Of a stretch of DNA of 52,817 nucleotides, positions 42,803 to 52,774 are shown in pieces (positions within the stretch are counted from its first letter, which is position 1; each line of letters begins with the position of its first letter). A model generated the notes under the pieces. That model saw only the letters and a program-made list of their open reading frames with translations, was not told the DNA's origin and did not search any database. A program made the position numbers and the translations under genes. This DNA is from an uncultured Alphaproteobacteria bacterium. Its GTDB lineage: Bacteria; Pseudomonadota; Alphaproteobacteria; JAJFIK01. The stretch lies in assembly GCA_964474635.1 (NCBI GenBank), contig CAYYTT010000005.1:1-52817 (forward strand), read 5' to 3'.

Positions 42803-45800
42803 TTAAAGGTCCGTGACCGCCGGCGGCACCGGGCTGCCGGGGACCCAGGGACCGCCCGCCTCGATCAGAGCCGCTTCGAAGTCCGGGATCGCGTCGGTCT
42901 TCAGGGTGTTAAGGCGCACACGGATCTCCTCGAACTCTTCTTCCGCGTACCCTATGACCTTCAGGTGCATCTTGGTCGGACCGTAGGTCGAGTAGACCGT
43001 CCCGATGGTGACGGCCGAGAGCCGGTCGCGCACCGTCTCCCGCTTCAACTCACCGATCGTGTCCTTGGACTGCTTGCCGTCGAGGGCTTCTTCAAGGGCA
43101 AAGAGCTCATCGCGCATGACCTTCCAGCGGGCCTCGAGGGAATCGAGACCGCTGCGGGACTGACCGATGGCGCCCTTGAGCATGTCCATATGATCGTTGA
43201 GGGACGAAATCGTCCGGCTCGCCGCCGTGACCGAGCGTTGCAGACGGGCCAGGCGTTCCCAGAACGCCGTCACCGCCTCGGGCGCCGCGCCGTCGAGCGT
43301 GCCCTCGCGCATGCGCACGACCTCAAAGCTCTTGGGGCCGACGAGTTCCATGGTTTCGCCGCGCACCCGCATGGACAGGCTCACCGTGTAGGTGCCGGGA
43401 GGGGCCATGAAGCCGCCGTCCTCGTCATCGCCCGAGCGGCTGCCGGCCGGGCTCTGAAAGGCCGGATAGCTCAGGTCCCACGCGATCCGGTGGAAGCCCT
43501 TGCCCGTGGGGCCCGACAGACGGCGCACCACGTTTCCGTCCGCGTCCCGCACGGTCAACCAGACCTGCGGCGCGCTCTCCCGGCGCTCTTTCTCAAGGCG
43601 CTCAAAGCCGGGGAAGGGCGTGTCCTTGCCGTCCTTGACCAGAGGCTTTTCCGTTTCCTGACGTTCAGCCTCCAGGGTCTTCAGGCCGTCCTTGAGGTAG
43701 TAGGTGAAGACGGCACCGAAGGGCGGGTTGGGCGCAGTGAAGAAGCCGTCACCCTGGTTTGCCTTGGGATCACCGCCCCCCAGGGGCCGCTGCGGGATGT
43801 ACCACCAGGCCTTGCGTCCCGGGAACAACAGCGCGTTTTGCTCCAGGCTTTCGGCACTGACGCTGCGCAGGGGCGAATAGTCGTCGAGGATGAAGAAGCC
43901 CCGCCCGAAGCTGGCGCCGACGAGGTCGTTTTCCCGCCGCTGAATCGCCAAATCCCGGAAGGAAATCGTCGGCACACCGCCGTTCAGCTCAACCCACTTG
44001 GTCCCGCCGTCGACGGAGAAGAAGACGCCGAATTCGGTGGCGGCGAAGAGCAGGTTAGGCTGTTCATGGTCCTGAACGATCCGCCAGACCAGATGACCCT
44101 CCGGCAGCGTCTGCGCCAGCGAGGTCCAGGTCTTGCCCTTGTCGGTGCTCTTGAAGAGATAGGGCTTGTAGTCCCCGTATTTGTGGTTGTCCAAGGCCAC
44201 ATAGACCGTGTCGCGCTCAAACAGATCCGCCTTGATGTCGTTGACGAAGGCGAATTCGGGAACGCCCGGCAGCGCCGTGACCGGGATCGAGGTCCAGCTC
44301 TGCCCGCCATCCTCCGTCATCTGAAGAAGGCCGTCATCCGTGCCCGCATAGAGCAGGTTTTCGTCGACCGCCGATTCTCCAATCGATGTGATGGTGTTGT
44401 ATTTGGACATGGCCAGGATGTCCCAGGGGGCATCCCAGGACCACTTGCGGCCCATGATGGGCAGCTGCAGGCGGTCTTCGTTACGGGTCAGATCGCCCGA
44501 CAGCGCCGTCCAGCTGTCGCCGCGGTCGTCGGACCGCCACAGGCGCTGGGAGGCATGGTAAAGCCGCTTGGGATCGTGGGAGCTGACCACGATGGGGGCA
44601 TCCCAGTTGAACCGTTCCGGTGCGTCGCCGGGGGCCGGCTGGGGCTGAATGTAGACGATCTCACCGGTGGTCCGGTCCACCCGCACCAGGTTCCCCTGCT
44701 GCCATTGGGCGTACATGATGTTCGGGTTGCCCGGTTCCGTGGCGGACTGGTGGCCGTCGCCAAACAGGGTCACGAACCAGTCGGAGTTGCGGATGCCGTT
44801 GATGTTGTCCGTGCGCGACGGACCGCCGTGGCTGTTGTTGTCCTGGGTGCCGCCATAGACGTTGTAGAACGGTGCGGCATCGTCCACGGCAACCTTGTAG
44901 TACTGGGTCACCGGCAAATTGTTGATAAAGCGCCAGCTTTTCTCAAGGTCATAGGTCTCGTAGAGCCCGCCGTCAGACCCGAACAGGATGTAGTCCGGAT
45001 CATCCGGGCGGAACGCGACCGCGTGATCGTCCACATGCTTGCGATTGTTGTTCAGGCGGCGGAAGGTCTTGCCGCCGTCCTCGGACACCTGGCTGTAATT
45101 GCTCACCAGGTAGAGCCGGTCGAAGGCATGGGGGCTGGCATAGATTTCCTGGTAGTAGTGCGGGCCCGTGCCGCCGCCGACGGCGTCGGACATCTTCGTC
45201 CAGGACGCGCCCCGGTCGGCCGAGCGCCACACGCCGCCCTCGCGCCGGTCAAGCTCGATGGCCGCGTATACGACGTCCGGATCGATGGGGGAGATGGCAA
45301 GGCCGATCTTGCCCAGATTGCCGCCCGGCAGTCCGCCTGCCAGTTTCGTCCATGTCTCCCCGCCATCGTCGGACATATGAATGCCGGACTCAGGACCGCC
45401 GCCCATATAGGCCGCGACAGTGCGATGGTGCTGCCAAGTTGCCGCATACAGACGGTCCGGGTCGCGCGGATCCATGACCACATCCGTCACGCCGGTCCAT
45501 TCGCCGGCAGACAGAACGTTCTTCCAGGTTTCGCCGCCATCGGTGGTCTTATAAAGGCCCCGGTCACCGCCCGAAGACCACAGCGGGCCTTGCGATGCGG
45601 CGAAAACCACGTCGGAATTGTCCGGATGCACGATAATCGTGGAGATATGCTCGCTCTTGGCGAGGCCCTTATTCTCCCAGGTCTTACCGCCGTCGAGGCT
45701 CAGATAGATGCCGTCGCCCCAGGAGATATGCCGGCCGCCCACATTCTCGCCCGTACCGACCCACACCGCATGGGGGTTGGAGGGATCAAGGGCGATGGAG

Positions 45801-46108
45801 CCGATGGAATAAACGTCCTGCTTGTCGAACACAGGCGTCCAGGTCGTGCCGGCATTTGTGGTCTTCCAAACACCGCCGGAGCCCACGCCCACATACCACG
45901 TGGCCGGATCGTCGGGCACGATGGCAATGTCGGCGATCCGCCCCGCCGTGAAGGCCGGGCCGATATTGCGGAACTCGAACGCGCCGAAGGTCGCGCTCGC
46001 CATCGGGCCTTCGGCCTGCGCTTTGGCCTCGTCATCTTCCGCCCCCGCGCGAAGCGGTGCCAGCGCCAGGACCGGCGCAAGGGCTAGGGCAAGCAGCATC
46101 GATCTCAT
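42803..46108 (-). CDS. Secreted sortilin/VPS10-like BNR (Asp-box) repeat beta-propeller protein (~1100 aa)
   Basis: The start was chosen at ATG 46108 (MRSMLLALALAPVLALAPLRAGA, a signal peptide). There are many Asp-box motifs: TTNAGTTW, SLDGGKTW, TTDGGETW, SDDGGETW, SADRGASW, SEDGGKTF, SDDRGDSW, TEDGGQSW, STDKGKTW, SVDGGTKW. Confidence 0.8.
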   Translation of the reverse strand: MRSMLLALALAPVLALAPLRAGAEDDEAKAQAEGPMASATFGAFEFRNIGPAFTAGRIADIAIVPDDPATWYVGVGSGGVWKTTNAGTTWTPVFDKQDVYSIGSIALDPSNPHAVWVGTGENVGGRHISWGDGIYLSLDGGKTWENKGLAKSEHISTIIVHPDNSDVVFAASQGPLWSSGGDRGLYKTTDGGETWKNVLSAGEWTGVTDVVMDPRDPDRLYAATWQHHRTVAAYMGGGPESGIHMSDDGGETWTKLAGGLPGGNLGKIGLAISPIDPDVVYAAIELDRREGGVWRSADRGASWTKMSDAVGGGTGPHYYQEIYASPHAFDRLYLVSNYSQVSEDGGKTFRRLNNNRKHVDDHAVAFRPDDPDYILFGSDGGLYETYDLEKSWRFINNLPVTQYYKVAVDDAAPFYNVYGGTQDNNSHGGPSRTDNINGIRNSDWFVTLFGDGHQSATEPGNPNIMYAQWQQGNLVRVDRTTGEIVYIQPQPAPGDAPERFNWDAPIVVSSHDPKRLYHASQRLWRSDDRGDSWTALSGDLTRNEDRLQLPIMGRKWSWDAPWDILAMSKYNTITSIGESAVDENLLYAGTDDGLLQMTEDGGQSWTSIPVTALPGVPEFAFVNDIKADLFERDTVYVALDNHKYGDYKPYLFKSTDKGKTWTSLAQTLPEGHLVWRIVQDHEQPNLLFAATEFGVFFSVDGGTKWVELNGGVPTISFRDLAIQRRENDLVGASFGRGFFILDDYSPLRSVSAESLEQNALLFPGRKAWWYIPQRPLGGGDPKANQGDGFFTAPNPPFGAVFTYYLKDGLKTLEAERQETEKPLVKDGKDTPFPGFERLEKERRESAPQVWLTVRDADGNVVRRLSGPTGKGFHRIAWDLSYPAFQSPAGSRSGDDEDGGFMAPPGTYTVSLSMRVRGETMELVGPKSFEVVRMREGTLDGAAPEAVTAFWERLARLQRSVTAASRTISSLNDHMDMLKGAIGQSRSGLDSLEARWKVMRDELFALEEALDGKQSKDTIGELKRETVRDRLSAVTIGTVYSTYGPTKMHLKVIGYAEEEFEEIRVRLNTLKTDAIPDFEAALIEAGGPWVPGSPVPPAVTDL

Positions 46109-46234
46109 GGAAACCCCCAGTGTTTCGGATCGTTGTTGTCTCAAATTCGCGTTGGTCTTCGCCGTTTGTATTAAAGCTCCATCGTGGCATAGGGCGCATT
46201 GTCCTGGCAAACCGGGTGCGGGGCTCCGCGAGCC

Positions 46235-46266
46235 GCGCCTGTGGACACAAAAGCCGCCCGTTTGAA
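46235..46266 (-). repeat. Possible third, partial copy of the GTTCAAACGG element
   Basis: The minus strand reads GTTCAAACGGGCGGCTTTTGTGTCC, against copy A GTTCAAACGGACCCGGCTCTTTGTGTT. It shares the 10-mer, GGCT and TTTGTGT, and lies right after the MFS terminator hairpin. Confidence 0.35.
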
Positions 46267-46302
46267 CAAAAAAAGGCGGGCTTCAAATTAATGAGCCCGC
46301 CT
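46266..46302 (-). terminator. Rho-independent terminator of the MFS transporter gene
   Basis: The minus strand reads GGCGGGCT-cattaatttga-AGCCCGCC followed by TTTTTTTG. The stem is 46275-46282 with 46294-46301, the A7 run on the plus strand is 46268-46274, and the hairpin lies 28 nt past the stop. Confidence 0.75.
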
Positions 46303-46329
46303 TTCGTGTCTGCATGGTCCCGCGCTCCC

Positions 46330-47742
46330 CTACCGGGCTACCAGGTCCTTCTGGAGGTGGCGTCCGGCCAACAGGAACATGAGGCCGCCAATGGCATAAA
46401 GTGACGCCGTGATGGTCATGGCGAACCGCAGGCCGGAGCCGGTGGCCTCCCGGCACGCGGCCGTCAGCTCAGGACTGAGTTCGGACAGATTCCCTTTGCA
46501 CACGAAGCGGTCGAGCGTGTCCGAGAACGGCGAGTCCAGCAGCATGCCGTCGATGGCGGCATCACTCAGGGCGCCGACGAACAGCGGGCCCAGGCCATAG
46601 CCGATCAGATTGACGATGAACAGCAGGATCGCGATGGCGGTCGCCCTTGTCCGCATGCCGACAACACCCTGGCCAATGGTGTATTGGGAGGTCAGGTAGC
46701 CGTATTTCGACAGGCCCGCGAGGCACAGACAGGCGAGCGCAAGGGCAGGATCCTCCGTGTTGAAACCCACATAATAAAGGGGCACGGACAGAGTCAGGCC
46801 GAGGGCCGGCAGCCAGGCAATGGCATTGGGATGGCGCGGCGTGATCTTCTCCACCACAAACCCCAGGGCAATGGTCCCGAAAGCGGACGCCAGCGCGATG
46901 GGCACGTTGAATTCAAGGGCCGCTTCACCGACCGTGAGCCCCAAATTGCGTTGCAGATAGGGGCTCATGAAGTTGCTGACGCCATAGCCGCAAAACGCGG
47001 CGATCGTGGCGCCGCCGGTCATGTACCAGTAGCTGGGTTTCGACATCAGCTCGCGGATGGCCTGGCTGAAGCTGGCGCGTTCCAACCGGGGCGTGTCGGA
47101 CGGGTCGGTGAAGCCGCGGGGCGGCTCCTTGATCGTGAGCTTGATGACGATCGCAAGGATAATCCCCGGCAGGCCCAGGTAAATGAAAGCCTCGCGCCAG
47201 GACAGGGCTTCGGCGATCTGCCCGCCAAACCCGTTGGCCAGCACCGAGCCCAGGGTAACGCCCATGGCATAGACGCCGAGGGCCGTGCCGCGGGCCTTGG
47301 GGATGAAATAATCCGCAATGAGAGAATTGGCCGGCGGCGTACACCCGGCTTCGCCAATGCCGACACCGATTCGAAAGACCAGCAGCATCAGGAAGCTGCC
47401 CGCCAGGCCGCACAAGGCCGTCATGGTCGACCACAGGGCCACGCAGATCGCGATGATGGTGACCCGGTTGTAGGTCTCCGCGGCCCGGGCAATGGGGATG
47501 CCCAGGATCGTGTAAAGCAGCGCGAAGCCGAACCCGGACAACAGGCCGAACTGCCAATCCTGGAGCTGAAACTCCCGGATCAGGGGTTCGGCGACGACCC
47601 CGATCAGAACCCGGTCAATGAAATTGAAGGTGTAAACCACCAGAAGCGAGATCAGCACATAGGTCCGGTATCCCGGTGTGCCAAAGCCCGTCGTGGGGCT
47701 GCCAAAGGTGCTCGCTCCCCCGGGGGAAAGGGTTTGGGTCAT
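46330..47742 (-). CDS. MFS transporter (spinster-like family)
   Basis: ...YRTYVLISLLVVYTFNFIDRVLIGVVAEPLIREF.L.DWQFGLLSGFGFALLYT..GIPIAR.AE... with ~12 TM segments. The start was chosen at ATG 47742 with a GGGAAGGA RBS; the ORF-track GTG at 47772 is possible. Confidence 0.85.
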   Translation of the reverse strand: MTQTLSPGGASTFGSPTTGFGTPGYRTYVLISLLVVYTFNFIDRVLIGVVAEPLIREFQLQDWQFGLLSGFGFALLYTILGIPIARAAETYNRVTIIAICVALWSTMTALCGLAGSFLMLLVFRIGVGIGEAGCTPPANSLIADYFIPKARGTALGVYAMGVTLGSVLANGFGGQIAEALSWREAFIYLGLPGIILAIVIKLTIKEPPRGFTDPSDTPRLERASFSQAIRELMSKPSYWYMTGGATIAAFCGYGVSNFMSPYLQRNLGLTVGEAALEFNVPIALASAFGTIALGFVVEKITPRHPNAIAWLPALGLTLSVPLYYVGFNTEDPALALACLCLAGLSKYGYLTSQYTIGQGVVGMRTRATAIAILLFIVNLIGYGLGPLFVGALSDAAIDGMLLDSPFSDTLDRFVCKGNLSELSPELTAACREATGSGLRFAMTITASLYAIGGLMFLLAGRHLQKDLVAR

Positions 47743-47925
47743 CTGGGCGTCCTTCCCGTTGGTCCGGTTCACGGCCGCAGGTTGTGCGGACCGGAACCTG
47801 GCCTGTTGCCATTCTGTGATGTCTTGCGCGGCTTAAGCATCATTGAACGGCTAGCGGGCAGGCACAAGGCCCCCGCGCCGGCCGCCGGTCCACGCCGAAA
47901 GAGTGCCCTACACTCGGCTTAAGGA

Positions 47926-48693
47926 CTAGAAGTCAAGCGGGTAGACGAGATGGTTGCGGAAAATCATGTCCCGATGCTCCAGAAGCTGGGGATCGAGCGC
48001 TTGCAGGACGGGATCAGGGGTAGAGCTGTACATCTGCCTGATGTAATCCGGCATCGGCGCCACATCGTCCGGCATCGGCTTGAGGATCTGCGCAAAACTT
48101 GCCCAGTAGATGTCGAGGCAGGTCAGCGCTTGGCCCGCCAGATAGGCGTGCCCCATGGATTTCTGCATACGGAGGGTCTCGGCCAGCAGGTCCAGGATCT
48201 CCACGCAGCGTTCGGCCGCCGAGGCCTTTGACATCTCCCAAAAGCCATAGGCATCGCGCATGGTGGCAAAGCCTTCGCCGATTTTTTCGCGCGGCACATG
48301 CTGGTCGGGCAGCATGGCGATCCGCCGGCACCAGCCAAGCCCGCCTTCGCCGCAGATTTCGTGGGACAGGCCAATGGTAAGGGCCCGCGTGGCCGGGTTG
48401 GCCGGGAGGAGGGGCTTTTCAGGGGCAAGACGCTCAGCAAGCATGAGGATTTCAAGCCAGCCCGAACGCGGCGCCTCGTCGTTCCAAACGGCGACGGGTG
48501 CGTTGCGGCACCCGGTCCAGGCCACCAGATCCTCATTGGCCTGGCCGCCATATTGGGCAACGGGCGTGTAGGCAATGCCCTTGACGTGGAAGATCGATTT
48601 GGCGGATTCGCTCCAGGGGCCGGGAACGCCCCGGGTCAGCGCGAGGCGCAGCCCGGGCATGCTCCGCGCCTCGTTCACATCCTTGTAGTCCAT
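47926..48693 (-). CDS. Glutathione S-transferase-like protein
   Basis: A thioredoxin-like N-terminus (..PGPWSESAKSIFHVKGIAYTPV..) and a helical C-terminal half. ATG at 48693 has a GGGAGGG RBS. The family assignment is tentative. Confidence 0.45.
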   Translation of the reverse strand: MDYKDVNEARSMPGLRLALTRGVPGPWSESAKSIFHVKGIAYTPVAQYGGQANEDLVAWTGCRNAPVAVWNDEAPRSGWLEILMLAERLAPEKPLLPANPATRALTIGLSHEICGEGGLGWCRRIAMLPDQHVPREKIGEGFATMRDAYGFWEMSKASAAERCVEILDLLAETLRMQKSMGHAYLAGQALTCLDIYWASFAQILKPMPDDVAPMPDYIRQMYSSTPDPVLQALDPQLLEHRDMIFRNHLVYPLDF

Positions 48694-48762
48694 GTCACCC
48701 TCCCTGGCGGTGCGGCGCCAAAGGGGGAGGCCGGAGGATGGGCCATACCCGTGCTTGGCGCG

Positions 48763-50256
48763 TTAACTGGGCCGACGTCCCTGGGCTTCCCACAGGGCAA
48801 GAAAATCGTGCCGTGTCTTGGGGCCTAGGGTCCGAAAGCTCGGATTTGGCGCCACGCGATACTCCGCCTTGGTGGCACCGAGCGTATCTTGCCGGCCCGA
48901 ACGCTTCAGGGCTATAGGGTCCAGATCGTGGATCCGCGCGGCGTTGAGGCCGAAGATCTTCGCCTTGGCCTCCTTGGTTAGCGGCGGGTAGCCGAAACGT
49001 TCCTGAAACCCGACTGAAATCTCAAAGGCCCGGAAGGTCTGGATCTGGTCCTGGGGGCTGCCGTACCACAGGCTGTCCGTACCCCAGCAGATACGATCCT
49101 CGCCAAAATGGAGCAGAAGCTTGCCAAGCACATGGGCGGCCTCGTCCGGGCGCCCCATGACGTGGCGCCACACGCTGCCGAGTTCCGCATAGAGATTGCC
49201 CTCATTGGGCGTGAACCCTGCCTGCCAGTGCGCGGAAATCAGGCGATTGATTCCATAGTCCGCGCGCGGATCGAAGGGCCCCTCGGGCAGATCCGGCTCA
49301 AAGCCGGAATGGAAGCACACGAAGGTCATGTCCGGATAGAGTTTGGCGGCCCGGGCGATGTCGCCCGGGTGGGAGTACTGATAATCGAGATAGGGCAGGG
49401 GCATGCCCCGATGGGCGCAGACGACCTTGACGCCCAGGCCCTTGGCCCGTTCGAGGAAGGGCCGACCATGGGTCTCATCATCCATGGCAAAGCCCACACC
49501 CTCCGGGCCCCATTGGGGATAGATCGTCCAGGCATCCACCTTGAGGTCGCCGACCTGGGCTGCCATTCGGTCAAGCGCGCCGTCCTCGTTCGGCAGGACG
49601 CCGGCGTGGATCAGGCCGCGGGTGCGCCCGCCGATCAGATCGAGGATGTTTTTGGCATCGCGGACATAGTCCGATTGCGTTCCATTCGTGCCCGCGCCGT
49701 CCCACAGAACGGAGACGACGGCCATGTCCGTGTCCGAATCGAGAAACACTTCCTTGGCGAGCGCCTGGGCAGCATAGGATGGCGACCCATCGCCGGACGC
49801 GCCGTTGGCGGAGGATCCATTGGATGTTCCGAAAACCGAGGCGAGCGCGCCGTGCCAGACCTCGCCCTCCCGGCCCAGCACCCCCGCATTGGCCGGATCG
49901 ACGCAATGGGTCTGCATATCCAGAATGAATTCGGTGCCCCCCAAGGTGCGGGCGGCCAGGTCCTGGTCGAAGGCCGCCTCGTCCGGGATGGCGTAGCGCC
50001 CACCGGCTGCGCCGAAGGCCTCGTGCACTTCATTGAACGCGAGCAGGGTCGTGGCCACGCCTGAGGGTGTCTTGAACAGTGTGCGGCGCGTGTGCCCGGT
50101 GGCCCGGGCCACATCGTCGGCGCGGTCGCGGGCGTGATTGTTGGCCGTGCGTTCGGCCTCGTTGAGGGGACGCGGCGGGACTTCACCGTTCGATGTCGCA
50201 TTGATCTTGATCGGCAGGCGTATCCCCGCCGGATCAAAATCCCAGTCCGCAGCCAT
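48763..50256 (-). CDS. Amidohydrolase-family (TIM-barrel metal-dependent hydrolase) protein
   Basis: ...LDMQTHCVDP..., VKVVCAHRGMPLP, FVCFHSGFEP and ICWGTDSLWYGSPQDQIQTF resemble amidohydrolase_2-type proteins. ATG at 50256 has a GAGAGGAG RBS. Confidence 0.6.
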   Translation of the reverse strand: MAADWDFDPAGIRLPIKINATSNGEVPPRPLNEAERTANNHARDRADDVARATGHTRRTLFKTPSGVATTLLAFNEVHEAFGAAGGRYAIPDEAAFDQDLAARTLGGTEFILDMQTHCVDPANAGVLGREGEVWHGALASVFGTSNGSSANGASGDGSPSYAAQALAKEVFLDSDTDMAVVSVLWDGAGTNGTQSDYVRDAKNILDLIGGRTRGLIHAGVLPNEDGALDRMAAQVGDLKVDAWTIYPQWGPEGVGFAMDDETHGRPFLERAKGLGVKVVCAHRGMPLPYLDYQYSHPGDIARAAKLYPDMTFVCFHSGFEPDLPEGPFDPRADYGINRLISAHWQAGFTPNEGNLYAELGSVWRHVMGRPDEAAHVLGKLLLHFGEDRICWGTDSLWYGSPQDQIQTFRAFEISVGFQERFGYPPLTKEAKAKIFGLNAARIHDLDPIALKRSGRQDTLGATKAEYRVAPNPSFRTLGPKTRHDFLALWEAQGRRPS

Positions 50257-50372
50257 TTCGGTCTCCTCTCAAACAATACCTGGGGCGTGTGCGGGAAAAC
50301 CTGAAAGCGGCATGCTCAAACGCCCCGGACCGGTTCCCCTGATCCGTGGGCCGTGTCGCCGGGGATGTCCTC

Positions 50373-51797
50373 TCAGGGTTTCAAGGCGGCCGCCACCGCC
50401 GCTGCGAACTCAACGGCGCCGGGTGCACCCTGATTTGTGGCCCCGAGACGGACAATCACAAGGCGTTCTTGAGGCATCATGAAGATGAACTGGCCCTGGA
50501 AGCCCCATGCGAAAAGAGTGCCGCTCGGCAGAATGCCCCGAGTCGCGGCCCGTGCGTCCGAAACCCAAAACCCGGCGCCGTATCCGATATCGCCCGATTG
50601 CGGCGTCGCCCGGGTCAGGTCGGCCAGCCGCTCGGCACTAATGACGGGGGCTTCACCGGAACGGCCGCCGTCCACAATCAACTGCCCGAAGCGCGCCCAA
50701 TCGCGCGCCGAGGCCAGCATGTAGGAACTGCCCACGAAGGTGCCCCGTTGATCGGGCTCCATCACGGCCGTGCTCATGCCCAGGGGGGCAAACAGGGCCC
50801 CGGTCATAAAGCCATGCATGCCGGCAAGACCGTCGCCGACGATTTCCTGCAGACGGGCCATGGCAAGCACCGTGTTCCCACTCATGTATTCATAGTGATC
50901 CGCCACCGGATATTGCAGCGGGCGTGACGCCGCATAGGCCGCCATATCGCTCTCCAGGAACAGCATGCGCGAATTTTCGTCGAATCCGTCATTTCGTTCC
51001 GTTAACGCAAGGCCGCTGACCATCCGCAAAAGGTCGTCAAGACTGATTTGTGAACGAGGATCATCGAGCGCGCGCCACAGGGGCAGGGCACCCGGCGCGG
51101 CGAGATCGATCCCTTTGCGGTCGGACAGAATACCGGCGAGGACGGCCGTCACGCTCTTGGTCATGGACCAGCCCGGCAAAGGGGTTTCGCTCGTCACGCC
51201 GGGCGCGTAGCGCTCCGCCACCAGAACATTGTCGTGCAGGACAAGGGTCGCCAGTGTGTTGCGCGGGGCCGGCGCATCGGCCGGCGTGTTGAAAGCGCCG
51301 TCCACGGCCTTTTGCAGGGCCTCGGCATCGAAATGCTCATTCCGGTGGACCTGGTCGAGTGCCATCATGGTAGGCGCCATGGTTTTGGACACTCGCGAGG
51401 ACACCCCGCCGCGCCCCACCGCCGGCATCAGTCCCAATTCGACCGGGGCCGGGTTCATCACAAGCGTCTCATCACGGACCAGTGTGCAACCCACGCGCGG
51501 CCGGTGAACGGCCTTCGCCGAAAAGGCAAAGGCGACCGTCACGGTCACGGATGGCTCGCCCGCGTCTATGTCGTAGCGTGCGAATTGATCCGCGGTGCCG
51601 AGTAGGGGGCCGACATACAAGTCCCAGGCGTCCTCGGGCTCCAGTTTCGAGACAAATGTCAGCGAACAGAGTTGCTTTGCGGCAATGCCGGCTCCGACCG
51701 GCAGCATGGATTGGCCCACGGGAGAGAAGGCCACGGCGGCCAGACCGGCCGCGATCAGGACGATCAGCGCGATCACAAGCGTGCGAATGACGGCCAT
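50373..51797 (-). CDS. Serine hydrolase of the beta-lactamase / class C PBP fold, membrane-anchored
   Basis: An SxxK motif in WSMTKSVTAVLAGIL. The N-terminal TM is MAVIRTLVIALIVLIAAGLAAVAF. ATG at 51797 has a GGAAGGAG RBS. The ORF-track start at 51920 was rejected. Confidence 0.75.
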   Translation of the reverse strand: MAVIRTLVIALIVLIAAGLAAVAFSPVGQSMLPVGAGIAAKQLCSLTFVSKLEPEDAWDLYVGPLLGTADQFARYDIDAGEPSVTVTVAFAFSAKAVHRPRVGCTLVRDETLVMNPAPVELGLMPAVGRGGVSSRVSKTMAPTMMALDQVHRNEHFDAEALQKAVDGAFNTPADAPAPRNTLATLVLHDNVLVAERYAPGVTSETPLPGWSMTKSVTAVLAGILSDRKGIDLAAPGALPLWRALDDPRSQISLDDLLRMVSGLALTERNDGFDENSRMLFLESDMAAYAASRPLQYPVADHYEYMSGNTVLAMARLQEIVGDGLAGMHGFMTGALFAPLGMSTAVMEPDQRGTFVGSSYMLASARDWARFGQLIVDGGRSGEAPVISAERLADLTRATPQSGDIGYGAGFWVSDARAATRGILPSGTLFAWGFQGQFIFMMPQERLVIVRLGATNQGAPGAVEFAAAVAAALKP

Positions 51798-52035
51798 GGG
51801 CTCCTTCCTGGGTCTTCGGGCCCCGCGTCCGGGGGGCCGCGAGGGTTTGGCGGGTTGAACCGGCCCGGGAGCCGTCGTCCGCATCCCTTCAAGTCTACGA
51901 TGTTGCGCCGCGCGGCGCACGATCTCGCCGCGCCGCGTGTCTTGACCTCACCCCAGGACCGCCCATGTCCGCGCTGTATAGTGCGTCATCCGCCGTAGGA
52001 CCAGAACGGTCGCCCGTTCACAGCAGGGAAAAGAC

Positions 52036-52641
52036 ATGGGCCGACCCCGGGAATTCGATGTGAGCGAAGCGGTCGAGCGGGCCATGACCGTCTTTTGGGA
52101 CAAGGGCTATGAGGGCGCGTCCCTGCCAGATCTGCTGTGCGGTATGGGGATCGCGCGGGGTAGTCTCTACAAGGCGTTTGGCGACAAAAAACAGCTCTTT
52201 ATGGCGTCGCTCAACTGTTATCGCGTACAGGTTGTCGATCCGGCAACGCAGGCGATCACCCACGGCGCCCAGGAGGCGGCCCGTGACCGCCTGGAAAGCT
52301 TTTTTGCCCATGTGGGCACCGCCGTGAAGGCGGGCGATCGGCGCGGGTGTCTGCTGTGCAATTTGGCGGCCGGGCCGGCCTGCGCCGATCCCGATATCTC
52401 CGCGGCCGTCACCTCCATGCTGGGCCGGATCACCCACGCCTTCGACGTGGTTCTTGCCGAAATTCCCGCCGCTCCTCCGCTCAGCGACGCCGAGCGCGGC
52501 CAGCGCGCGAAGGGGCTCACGGCGTCCTATGTGGGCCTCCAGGTCTTGGCGAAGGCCGGCGCGGGCGAGGCCCTCCTCATCGAGACGGCGCGCGCGAGCA
52601 TGGCCGCCTTTTGTCCCCAAAGCGCGCATGCACCAGCCTGA
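52036..52641 (+). CDS. TetR/AcrR-family transcriptional regulator
   Basis: MGRPREFDVSEAVERAMTVFWDKGYEGASLPDLLCGMGIARGSLYKAFGDKKQLF is the canonical TetR HTH. The gene is divergent from the hydrolase gene. Confidence 0.85.
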   Translation: MGRPREFDVSEAVERAMTVFWDKGYEGASLPDLLCGMGIARGSLYKAFGDKKQLFMASLNCYRVQVVDPATQAITHGAQEAARDRLESFFAHVGTAVKAGDRRGCLLCNLAAGPACADPDISAAVTSMLGRITHAFDVVLAEIPAAPPLSDAERGQRAKGLTASYVGLQVLAKAGAGEALLIETARASMAAFCPQSAHAPA

Positions 52642-52774
52642 GGGCGGCAGGCGAGGAGCCCGGATCCGCGCCGGAGGCGGTTCGCGGCCTTGAGCGCGGT
52701 GCGCATGATCCGCCCCTGGCGAGCGCCACGCCCTGTGCGGCATTCCGCGCGCCGACCTCCACGTGCCATAATGG